Source: Octopus vulgaris
Taxonomy: Eukaryota
Reading direction: 5' to 3'
NCBI GenBank assembly: GCA_951406725.2
Contig: OX597838.1
Span: 1,488,001 to 1,552,000 of the forward strand
Length of the DNA: 64,000 nucleotides
The translations under genes and the position numbers were made by a program. Shown here piece by piece: positions 1-11,539 of the stretch (positions within the stretch are counted from its first letter, which is position 1; every line of letters starts with the position of its first letter). The notes beneath the pieces were generated by a model. The model was not told the DNA's origin. It did not search any database and was given only the letters and a program-made list of their open reading frames with translations.

Positions 1-611
1 CCCCACCACTGCCTCCACCACCGCCAACACCACCACCATCATTACCACCAACAACAACAGCACCACCGCCACCACCACCACTACCACCACCACCTTTCAC
101 ATCTCTATAGGTTTTTCTTTCTCTATATGATTGTGTGTAGGTGCGCGCGCGCATGTGTGTGTCTGTGTGTCTTTGTCTGTGTACATATATATATGTATAC
201 GCTCACTGGCAGACTCACACACATAGGTTATTACGAGCGTGGAATGATGTTTAATGAGCGTACGTGTTTTAGAAGTAAGGATGTGATCCATTTTTGTTAC
301 TATTTGGTGAAGGAGGGCAACACCATAACCGTCTCTTCTTCAGGTGTTTCCTGATCAGACTCAGGGAAAGAAAAAGAACTTATCGTCACGCCGGAAATAT
401 GTTCTGAACGTTTACACGAGAGGAGCAGCCATGAGCCAGGTGGTGGGGATGGTGGGGTAGATCACTAAGCAACACACACACACATACTACAATATGCAAA
501 TACGCACCGACAGACCCACATATCGCATACTCATTATACACAAACGCACACATGCCACATATATACTAAGCATATACGTACATACAAAACACACACGCAC
601 GCACACACACA

Positions 612-654
<43 letters not shown>

Positions 655-1309
655 GGCAGGCGTCGTTCATCCCTTTCTCTCTGCTAAAGTTCACTTTCTT
701 GACAGGAACCCCGCTCGTCACAATTCACTAAACAGACACACACAAACACTCGGCAACTATAACAACCTACTCATCACCTGTTCGTAACACATGAACGCAC
801 ATCTCCCACACGTTCACTCACTAAACACTTACACATAACGAAACATACACACATACACACACAAACTTGATAAAAGTCTCTCGATATAGTCTTCACACAT
901 CCTAACATGAAAACAAAACATTGTTAACGCATCAATAGTTTTGTGAAGAAACGCGCTTTCAAGAAAGTGTTGTTTATGCAAATTAGTCTCTCCAGTTTAG
1001 TTCAGCCCTTAGGACGTATTATAGCTTTATAAGCAGTGTCTCCATTGAGAGATAAAGAAAGATACTACTCGATCATTGGTGAATTCTCAATGCAGGCAAG
1101 ATCTTTACGAATGTTTGTACATAAAGTATTGAGCAAAAATCAAAACATATATTCTCTAGTTTATCATTGCAGCAAAACACTGCCATCACAGTTTATATAC
1201 GTGTGTGTGTGTGTGTGAGAGACATACACATTTATTTATGTAATTATTTACATAAATATTTATATATTTATGTAAAGAGGATAGAGATCATTCGCAAGTC
1301 ATATAGACT

Positions 1310-1450
1310 TCAAGGACAAATTCCTCTCTGGAAAGGAACGTTGGTCCGTTGCAGGATTACTCATTTTTGCCAGCTGAGTCGAGTGGTGTAACGTGAAATG
1401 AAGTGTTTTGCTCAAGAAAAGGAATCGAAACCAAACTCCTACGATCATGA
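1310..1450 (-). mobile_element. Degenerate tRNA-derived CORE-like SINE fragment (family C)
   Basis: Reverse strand reads ...cttgagcaaaacacttcatttcacgttacaccactcgactcagctggcaaaaatgagt..., matching the copy at 61002-61325. Confidence 0.65.
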
Positions 1451-1494
1451 CTGAAACACAAAAGCACGCGTCTTCACTATATATATATTATGTG

Positions 1495-1695
1495 AAAGCG
1501 CATGGCTTAGTGGTTTGGGTGTTGCTCTCAAGATTGCAAGATCGTGGTTGTGTTCTTGGACAAAGCACTTCATTTCACGTTGCTTTGCGATCATTTCATC
1601 GTCTGACATGTGGCACACGGTGCATCTGTACAGGTAATGTCGATTTGATGGAGGGAGTGAGCTCATGTCTACACAAACCTTTGATCACAATAAAG
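1495..1695 (+). mobile_element. tRNA-derived CORE-like SINE, internally deleted (family C related)
   Basis: Head gaaagcgcatggcttagtggtt (A-box like), then cttggacaaagcacttcatttcacgttgct as in 61002-61325. Confidence 0.65.
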
Positions 1696-1729
1696 AAATC
1701 TATAAATCTCTATATATAAATCTATATAA

Positions 1730-1834
<105 letters not shown>

Positions 1835-1871
1835 AAATGGAAGACGGAAAATGGAATATACGAGAAATTTT

Positions 1872-1991
1872 TTATTAATCACGACCATCGTTTCGACACA
1901 TCTAGCATCGGTTCCTCTGTTGTGGGAGACACTCAGCAACTGGTTCAGGAGCATCCGGTGGTGCAGATGTATTTCGTCGGGTGGTAAATAA
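1872..1991 (-). ncRNA. Type I hammerhead ribozyme motif with long stem II insert
   Basis: Stem I UUAUUUACCAC/GUGAUUAAUAA (9 of 11 pairs), core CCGACGA, stem II AAUACAUCUGCA/UGCUAGAUGUGUC, GAAA, stem III ACGAUGGU, GUC site (cleavage after 1883). Confidence 0.7.
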
Positions 1992-2355
1992 ATATAACCC
2001 GTTAAAACAACTGTTCAGCAATGTAACTTCCCGTTTTGTAGAAAGAAAACCAGTCAGGCTATCAAAAATAAAATCATCACAGATGGCAAAAAGAGGAACG
2101 AACACGCAATCTAGCGAGAAAAGTATTAAAAATAACCGTTAATAGATACGGATGTATAAACGCGCTCGGGCAAGCTGCATGGTGCGAGTCCACTCGCTCA
2201 TACAGGAATCCGCGAAAATGGCAGCATACGCACAAGTGAGGTTTGGTGCACCCATGATCACAAAGCGAGTTAGCTATTTACTTATTGTTTGCAAGAATGT
2301 TGAAGTTAAAAGTAAAGTCATGCATACTGTGAAATGAAATTATGTTAACGGTCAC

Positions 2356-2698
2356 TCAAAATTCATTCCCACTGCTTTGTGTGAAAGTACATTTATTTAC
2401 GTGTAGGCATCTCGGGAGTCGTTCAGAAATTCTATTAATGATCTTCCCGTTACTCCACAGAATAGACAGAAATTCTTTGGAGCAGAGATGGCATCTCCTG
2501 GAAATTATATTGTATGGTTTCGCGTACCTTACTATGGATCAATTAATGCTGTACTTCATTTTATACTCTTTCAGTCGCCATACAAAATCTGCCAAAGATG
2601 TTGAATGTCTCTTACTGATTGTCTTAAAGCTGGCAACATGGTTACGATAACGATTCTTAAATGAATCAGCCGCTTTCCCAATAAATTCTCGTATATTC
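2356..2698 (-). pseudogene. Penelope-like GIY-YIG endonuclease C-terminal fragment (one internal stop)
   Basis: Manual translation FIGKAADSFKNRYRNHVASFKTISKRHSTSLADFVWRLKEYKMKYSIN*SIVRYAKPYNIISRRCHLCSKEFLSILWSNGKIINRISERLPRCLHVNK fits the YIG..FKxRYxNHxxSF..WxLK..CxLC..N..CxH pattern of PLE endonucleases. Confidence 0.85.
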
Positions 2699-2790
2699 CA
2701 TCTTCCGTCTTTCATTTGCCATATACCTAACGATCACTTTGAAAGTGACCATGTTTTACCAGTAAGCTACCAGGTGTAAACCATTCGTTT

Positions 2791-2908
<118 letters not shown>

Positions 2909-3393
2909 TCATATATATGTTTGGGCCTGTGTGCTTTATAAGAATATAACCATCTATTTGATTTATATAAATTCATGCCAGCCTGTCACTTGAGTTTTCT
3001 TTTACTTAGCTGGCTTTGTGAAATCATGGGAATTATACAGACGTAGTTCTTTGTAACTTTTCTATGCAAACATAATCATTCATTGATCAAGGAAGGATTG
3101 AAAAGACTACTTCACCGATGAGGCATAATAAAACCGAAACAAGCCTTTAGTTCTGAACTTGTCCGCTAGCAGTGTGTAAACTCCCCAACTCTAAACCTCC
3201 AAATTTAATTTTCTGTGAAATCATTTCGTAATTGGAATGATTTCCCCCAGTCTTTGATCATCACTGGCAATTTCTGTTACGTTTTTACTTTCTGCCTCCA
3301 ATTAAATGGTAAATCGCAATGCATTGAGAATTGTTGTGTAACTCGCTCAGCATATCACTACCAGCCTGAATCATAAATACGTCTGTATTGAGT

Positions 3394-3573
<180 letters not shown>

Positions 3574-4585
3574 ATATACAGATACACATGCACATATATG
3601 TAGCAACACAAAGACAGAACGTAGAAGTGATAATAGTGGCGGCTACTTAATGGTGATAATCGGAGAAGCTGTGGTGAGATTTGAGAGAGAGAGTAAAAGA
3701 AAGACTCTATAGAACGGAAGTAGCGTGTGAGTAGGTAGTAAGGAAAGGAGGAGGGAGGTGGGTGGCTGATTGAGAAACAGTAATAAAGGTGAAAGGTGAG
3801 GGAATATAAAATAGATTTAAAAGGTTGAGTGGAGTAGTAGATATGAGAAGACTGGCCAGGTAAGTCAGGTGTTGTAGGTTGTTAGTATAAAAGTGTGAAC
3901 TCTGAATATGTGGGTGGGTTGGAGGATACCAGTGCTGGTTTTGAAGGAGGGAAGGGAAAAAACAAATAAATGGTAAAGAAGGAAGAAGATTTCTTTTTTA
4001 CACGATTATTTCTCATTTTAAAATTTTGCGACTTCTTCACTTACCCGTTTTTATTACATTAACCAATTTTCTCTGCACCCTCTTAATCTTCGATTGCATC
4101 TCCTTAGCTATAATTTATTTACATATATATATATATGTATTTTTTCATCTACTTAAGTCCCTCCTACGCTTCACGTTTCATTTTTTATTTATCTCCCAGT
4201 TGTCTTCTGATATTTCCTCACATGTAGTTCACCTCTCCATTTAAGAATTTTTCTTTTTCTTGTTTTCTTTTTCAATTTTTCTTTTTCTTGTTTTCTTCTG
4301 TTTTACTTTTCCTTGTATTTCTCATTTTTCAAAATTCCATACTTCTTTCTAATTTTTAATTTTTTCCATATTTTATTTTCCGCACCCAAATATTTTCTTT
4401 AGTTCTACATGCTTCCTTGTTTTCTGTTCTCACCTCCTGCAGCTTTTATCAAACTGGTATTTATAGGTTAAGAGTTAAAAAGGCAAAATATGGTTGGGTT
4501 GAGGGGAAAATAATACGGTTGAGAACTATGATATAAATATTTCAATGTGTATTCATAACACACTCATTTCATTACCCGCAGGGGT

Positions 4586-4633
4586 CTTTAGGACCCCCGG
4601 TGTTTCAACATCGTTGTGTCTCCTCAGCCAAAG
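4586..4633 (-). ncRNA. Type I hammerhead ribozyme motif, canonical core
   Basis: CUUUGG-CUGAGGA-GACA(CAACGA)UGUU-GAAA-CACCGGGGGU-C-CUAAAG, with 6-bp stem I, 4-bp stem II and a GUC site. Confidence 0.7.
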
Positions 4634-4980
4634 CTGCAAACGGACTTATGAATCGAACAAGAGTTTGGGATTCTTGTTTATAAATCGAGCAAATCATTTG
4701 ATAAACTCATTCATCTGAAAAGAGATGAAATACAACCTGCAGTTAGCATATTCACGTTCGAATTTGCCAGAATGTATTGATAATAAATATGTTTGTCCTC
4801 ATTTGAATTCTTGCTGTTCACCAAGCAGTTGACGAAATATTGTCGCTTGGCAGACAATCAACAGGCTTCAGCAAATGACATGTTTGCTGAATTTATAGAC
4901 AAGAGCTACAGCACTTGTTAGATTATCTAGCCTGGGGTGGCTTTGGCTCAGAAAGCATAAGGTATTGAAACACCGTCTGA
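4586..4980. repeat. Diverged inverted repeat (about 4595-4700 vs 4880-4978) with hammerhead-like outer ends
   Basis: The reverse complement atgatttgctcgatttataaacaaga...gctttggctgagga...ttgaaacacc aligns by eye with + strand atgtttgctgaatttatagacaaga...gctttggctcagaa...ttgaaacacc. Confidence 0.6.
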
Positions 4981-5427
4981 AAATGAAAAAAGCAATTAAC
5001 ATATTCACATTTGAATCTAGCGGAAGAATGAATATGTATGTCATCGTTTTAATTCATAATACAGAGGTTGACATTAACTATGAACATCAAAGAATAAAGG
5101 ATTTTTAACAAAAAATGGAGGTTTTGGTGAGAGGTCAAGGATATATGGTGAAAGATTTCAAATAATTATTCGAACGGATTAAGCAAAGAATGTTTATATT
5201 CTTTGAAAACAGATGTGTTCTATGAAAAATAAAATAGATGTGTTCTATATAAAACAGATAGGTTCTACGTGTTAAACAGATGTGTTATATGTCATACATA
5301 TATTTCTCTGTTTTTACTCATTCTCGAATATAAATCACCAGTCAAGGACTGGATTCAATGTAAGCATCAAACTGACTCCCTCTGAAATTGCTGGCCTAGT
5401 GCCCAAATTTGAAACAATCATTAAAAA

Positions 5428-5628
5428 GGGCAGAGGACTGTCGGAATCGTTGGTGCACCGGGAAAATGCTTGGCGGTTTTTAAGATCTTTTACCTTCTGT
5501 GTTGAAATCTTGCTGAGGTGATCTGTGCCTTTTATCCTTTCAAGGTCGATAAAATAAAAATTTCAAGTCGATGCTACAAAGTAGCCTCCTTCCGTCAAAG
5601 CTGCTCGCCTTGCACCTCAATCAGAAAC
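5428..5628 (+). mobile_element. Degenerate tRNA-derived SINE, Meta-domain-like (family A)
   Basis: tgccttttatcctttcaaggtcgataaaataa central motif after a tRNA-like head. Confidence 0.7.
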
Positions 5629-5646
5629 ATTATTATGATTATTATT

Positions 5647-5868
5647 GGTGGCGAGCTGGCAGAATCGTTACCACACCGGGTGAAACACTTTGCGGCATTT
5701 TGTTCACCTTGTCTTTCTGAGTTCAAATTCCACCGAGGTTGACTTTGCCTTTCATCCTTTCGGTGTCGATAAAATAAGCACCAGTTTCGCACTGGGGTCG
5801 ATGTATTCGACTGGCCCCCCACATCCACCTCAAAATTTCAGGTCTTGTGCCTGTAATAGAAACGATTA
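5647..5868 (+). mobile_element. tRNA-derived SINE, Meta-domain-like (family A)
   Basis: ggcgagctggcagaatcgtta...gagttcaaattcc (B box)...gactttgcctttcatcctttcggtgtcgataaaataagcaccag. More than 12 copies occur in the window. Confidence 0.85.
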
Positions 5869-7048
5869 TTATTAATGATTGATTGATTTAACATCTAAAA
5901 ATCTGTTTTATTCTTTTTGCTCCGGATAAGATTATTTAAAAATTTACCAAACAAAACATGTTTCTTTGGAGTACAATGAGGATTTAATTACCTGTGAATA
6001 TATGTCCTCGATCTCGGGGTTGGGTGGTAGGGGTATTAGGGAAAAAGGTTTGGTTTTGTAGATTTAGATTTTATTGGCTTTGAGATTTTGGCGACATTTC
6101 AACCTCAAAATCTTAAAAAAAAAATATCAACATTTAAATGAGCATTTAGTAGAAAAGAAAATATTTCGAACAGTCTAACAAGTATTTTGAACAATAATGG
6201 TAACAACTACAACAGTTGCACCCAAAAACTATGTTTGATAGAGAATATAGTAGTAGAGTTAAAGTCGTCAGTTTTGGCTGTGTCGTTACACGGATACGGC
6301 TTTTAGAGTTCCGAGGAGAAAAACGAATTAGGAGAAAATACCAGATGGTGTTCCTTTGTTCAAGGATCTAATCCAAGAGGGAGCAAAGACAAAATTAATG
6401 TATTTGGGCTTTAAGATGGATGGCGATCTAAACAGCTGTTAGAAGGAGCACTCCAGGAAAATCGGTGGTGAAAATCTCTTTTGAGTGGAGTAAACCGTAA
6501 GGAGTGCGTAATATATTTTGAGGAGCGAAGACTCAACAAAATTAAGGCTAAAATAAGTAAACATATTTTCGTCCATACATTTGTATCCCTGTATTTAAAG
6601 TAGAGAAAGACAAGGGCGGCGGTTAATCGCATTAGTAACGATGCTGGCTCGGGACTGGTAGTCATTCTTAGGTGGGGAGTTAATCCAGGGCTGAGAGAAG
6701 GTGACATGTGGCCAGGAGGAGTAAAGATGAACTTACAAATCCGTCGAAAGTTAGAAGGCCCAGTGAAAACTATCGCCAGTCGAGGGCACCGAGACGAAGA
6801 GTATGAGTCCGATGGTGCATGATAACAGGCTTTCTTGTTGTTCATGTGGTAGTAGAAGTAGAATAGGCGTGAGAAGGGAGAAAATTCCAGTAGGAAGATG
6901 TTCTGGGAAGAAAGGATTTGGTATTGTGGTTGGTGTGGGGAGGGGAAAGTGACGAGTGGGTGAGGAGTGTCTGAGTGCTGGAGGCATGGGACCAAGCAGT
7001 TCGAGGTGAAAGGGAAAGAGAGAGAAAGGGATATATATATATATATAC

Positions 7049-7205
7049 ACGACGGGCTTCTTTAAGTTTCCATCTACCAATTTCCGCCCACATCTACCAA
7101 TTTCCGCCCAATGCCACTATAGAAGACCTTGACAAGGTGCCACGCAGTGGGATTGAACCCGGAACCCGGAACAAAGCTTCTTACCACACAGCCACTCCTG
7201 CGCCT
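7049..7205 (-). mobile_element. CORE-like SINE, 5' half (family B)
   Basis: Reverse strand ggcgcaggagtggctgtgtggtaag...gggttcaatcccactgcgtggcaccttg...gaagcccgtcg. Confidence 0.85.
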
Positions 7206-7674
7206 ACATAACGACAACAACAACAACAACAATAATAATAATAATAATAATAACAACAACAATAATAATAATAATAATAAAATAAATAAGTAAGTAATTT
7301 GCACAAATAAGCACAAGTCGATTTATAACACACACGCACACATTCACATGTTTGAATACATAGTGACACACACACACACACACAACATGTATTCCACACA
7401 CGCGCGCGCGCATATATATTAGCTTAAATACATTGTTAGCGAAAAATCAAAGCACAAATAGGACGCCCGTTAAAAACCCCCGCTCCCGCCACGCCCCCCC
7501 CCACCCATAACCTCTACGTCACTCGAATAGAACAACAGAGCACATCCTCCACCCCCACCCCCGCCACCACACATCCCTCTCCACTACCTGACGCCGCAAC
7601 TATTTTATGGAATTCTCGTTATACGGAACACGCGGAATGGAGTGGAAGTTTTCCGTGAGTTCTCTCTTTCTCTC

Positions 7675-7679
<5 letters not shown>

Positions 7680-7767
<88 letters not shown>

Positions 7768-7931
7768 TATGTATTACATGTATCGATCTATGAATTTATT
7801 GATTTACGAGTAAATCATCACACTGATTTAATTGTTTAAATATCTATGAAACCCTCTATGTATTTAGAAAGAATCTCTCTCTTTCTCTCTCCCTATCTAT
7901 CTATCTGTCTGTCTGTCTCTCTCTCTATCTC

Positions 7932-8006
<75 letters not shown>

Positions 8007-8039
8007 GTCTGTGTGTGTGTTCCTCTGTCTATCTGCCTA

Positions 8040-8095
<56 letters not shown>

Positions 8096-8233
8096 TCCAT
8101 CCATCCATCCATCCATTCATCTATCTATCTATCTATCTATCTGTCTGTCTATATGTCTGTCTGTCTGTCTGTCTCTCTCTATCTATCTATGTGCCTGTCT
8201 GTCTGTTTGTGTGTTCCTCTGTCTATCTGCCTC

Positions 8234-8327
<94 letters not shown>

Positions 8328-8348
8328 CATCCATCCATCCATCCATCC

Positions 8349-8432
<84 letters not shown>

Positions 8433-8463
8433 GTGTGTGTGTGTTTGTCTGTCTATCTGCCTC

Positions 8464-8520
<57 letters not shown>
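7680..8520. repeat. (TA)n tract then compound (TCTA)n/(TCTG)n/(TCCA)n tract with an internal higher-order duplication
   Basis: Seen directly. The block gtgtgttcctctgtctatctgcct recurs near 8015 and 8210. Confidence 0.9.
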
Positions 8521-9442
8521 ATAGCTAGCTAGCTACCTTCGGTGTATATGTGTGTGCGTCCACCACAAAGTTATCCCTGGTAAAATTCGAACCTCGAGAA
8601 ACGCAACATGAATTTAATCAGCGACATTTGCATCGATTTTGCCGTTTAACTTATGTCGTGTTGTTGGCGAGTTTATTTGTGTTTACATTTACATACATAC
8701 ACACATACATACATACATACATACATACATACATACACACATACATGAGAATAACCTTCACATCCCATCTCAACACACGCCTAGACACGCTTATACATAT
8801 ATACTCCCCGACCCCCACATGCACACACACATGCACACACACACATGTAGATCGATAGACACAGACAGAGAGAAGCAGAGAGATAGTTGTGTTGATATCG
8901 ACAGCAACGTTATCGTTGTTTGTGGAGTTTACCAACAACAACTCGGTAAATCGAGGCTGTAATATATCTATGTAAGTTGTACCGTTTATATAATTCTTAT
9001 ATACACACTCACTCACAGACACATGCATACTTATACACACACGTACATACACGCATGCACACATGTAAATACCTACACACATACACGTAGATATACACTC
9101 ATACACGCATACATGCAGGCATAGAGACCCATATCTCTGCGGAATTTCCTTTCTGCAAATATTGAAGTGGAACATTAAGCGTGCCAATTTCATTGTTTCA
9201 CAAGGCTTATCCAAGGCTTTGGGCACTGTCCCTTCATCCAGACTAAGACAACAACAAATTCTCCCCCATCCCCAAACCATTCATGTTAATTGGTATTACT
9301 GAACTATAATTACGGTGGTATGATATTATATCGGCGTAAGGGTCTTCGCTATTTAGATTAAATATAAACAAAAGTTTGTTGCACTTTGGAGGATACCCAT
9401 CCATCCATAAATCTATCCATCCATCCATCCACCCGAACCCAC

Positions 9443-9551
9443 TTACCTACATACCTGCCTACCTACCTACCTACCTACCTACCTACCTACCTACCTGCCT
9501 ACCTACCTACCTACCTACATACCTACCTACCTACCTACCTACCTACCTACT
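9443..9551. repeat. (TACC)n microsatellite
   Basis: Seen directly. Confidence 0.95.
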
Positions 9552-9621
9552 TACGTATTTATGTATGTATGTATGCATGCATGCATGCATCTGTCTATCT
9601 ATCTACCCACTTATTTATCTT

Positions 9622-9652
<31 letters not shown>

Positions 9653-10244
9653 CTATTTCTCTCTCTCTCCCTCTTTCTCTCCCTCTATCTATCTCTATCT
9701 ATACGCACGGCCGGATTACGACTCAAAGAGACCTTAAGCACTAAAAAGATTTTGCTGCTCTTCCTCTGTATATAAAAACAAAATATAAACAAAATATAAA
9801 CAGTAACAATCTATGAAATAAAATGCAAAAATGTTTATTTCGGTATACTCTTCCACTTTATTTATATCTGAAAAGTTTTCTCCTACTTTGTTTAATTGCA
9901 AAGCATTTGATCGCATCCTCAAAATTAATCTTACGAAACACATCTGCTCCGATACTTAGTAGAGACAAGGCATCCACCCCAAATATTATTTTAGCAAGTT
10001 TCAAGTGATTTCTTTTGTGCTGTAAGCCATTTACTGTTTTTGTGTTGACTCCCCACCCAACTCCCTTGATACCCTAAGCACGTGCTTATTTTGCTTAATG
10101 ATAATCCATCGCTGTATATATACTTGTATGTATGTATACTCTAATATAAATTGTACATTTACTTACGCTTTTCTCTCTCTCGTTCTCTCTGTCTATTTAC
10201 ATGACATGTGCACTCACACAGTCACAGACAGGCAGACAGACAAC

Positions 10245-10312
<68 letters not shown>

Positions 10313-10420
10313 ACACATTCCTCTTTCTATTGAAACGTTAAACTAAACCGCATTTGTCAAACTTTGTTCTCCGGTGTTGACTTTTTCATTGTTTGTTGCA
10401 CATATATATATATATAAACA

Positions 10421-10455
<35 letters not shown>

Positions 10456-10456
10456 G

Positions 10457-10553
<97 letters not shown>

Positions 10554-10554
10554 C

Positions 10555-10948
10555 TTTCATTTGCTTAAGTCATTTGACTGGTTGAGGGCACCGCCTTAGT
10601 GCCTTTTTGTTTAATCGAACAAATTGACCCCAGGATTTACTTTTTTAAGCCTAGAACTTATTCTATCTGTCTCTTGTTAAGGGGATGTAAACACAACAAC
10701 ACCGGTTGTCAAGCAGTGATGGGGAAGGGACAAACACACAACGACATGCGCACATAGATATATGCACACACACACACACATACACACACACATATGACGA
10801 GCTTCTTTCAGTTTCCGTCAACCAAATCTACTCACAAGGCTTTTGTTGGTTATATTAGAAGACACTCACCCAAGAGGCCACGTAGTGAGACTGAACCCGG
10901 AACCATGTGGTTGGGAAGCAAGCTCCTTACCACAAAGCCACGCCTGCG
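10555..10948 (-). mobile_element. CORE-like SINE with central (GT)n linker, near full length (family B)
   Basis: Both halves match the copies at 15481-16288 and 61750-62160. Confidence 0.85.
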
Positions 10949-11093
10949 TTTATATATACAATATATGTATATATTATATGTATATATGTATGTGTCTGAG
11001 CGTCTATGGTAAATTTTAGACTCACTTTTTAAAAAATCTTTCCCCCAAAACGAGGCTCTTTCATTTGAATTGAAACATTTTGTGGGTAGTTAA

Positions 11094-11265
11094 GGCGGCG
11101 GGCAGTTTCGTCCGTCTTTAAGTTCTGAGTTCAAATTCTGCCGAGATCGACTTTGCCTTTTATCCTTTCGTTGTCGATGAAATAAATACCTGTTGAACAT
11201 TGGGGGTCGATGTAATCGACTTATCCTCTCCCCTTACTGGGTCTGTGTCAAAAATTTGAAACCAT
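11094..11265 (+). mobile_element. Family A SINE, internally deleted
   Basis: ggcggcg...gttctgagttcaaattctgccgagatcgactttgccttttatcctttcg. Confidence 0.85.
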
Positions 11266-11539
11266 TAACTGTGTAGTCATGAATGTATGTATATGTATAC
11301 ATGAATGTGTGTGTGAGTGTGTGTGTGTGTGTGGATTCATGCATGTATGCAAGCATGGTTGTCATTGCATAAGTGGATCTGTTTGTCTTGTCTTATGCAA
11401 GTATACCTCTCCATATATATCCATATTTACACGCTTGTATTCGCACATTTTTCATTCTAAAATTTTGGTATACTTTCATATTTTCGCAGTGCATTAAATG
11501 GCTTCGGTGATTTGCTAATTAGGCGTGTTCTTTCTGGTT

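Noticed and set aside
6411-6995. 194-aa minus-strand ORF
   Set aside because: It has no recognisable domain and overlaps probable decayed element sequence on the other strand.
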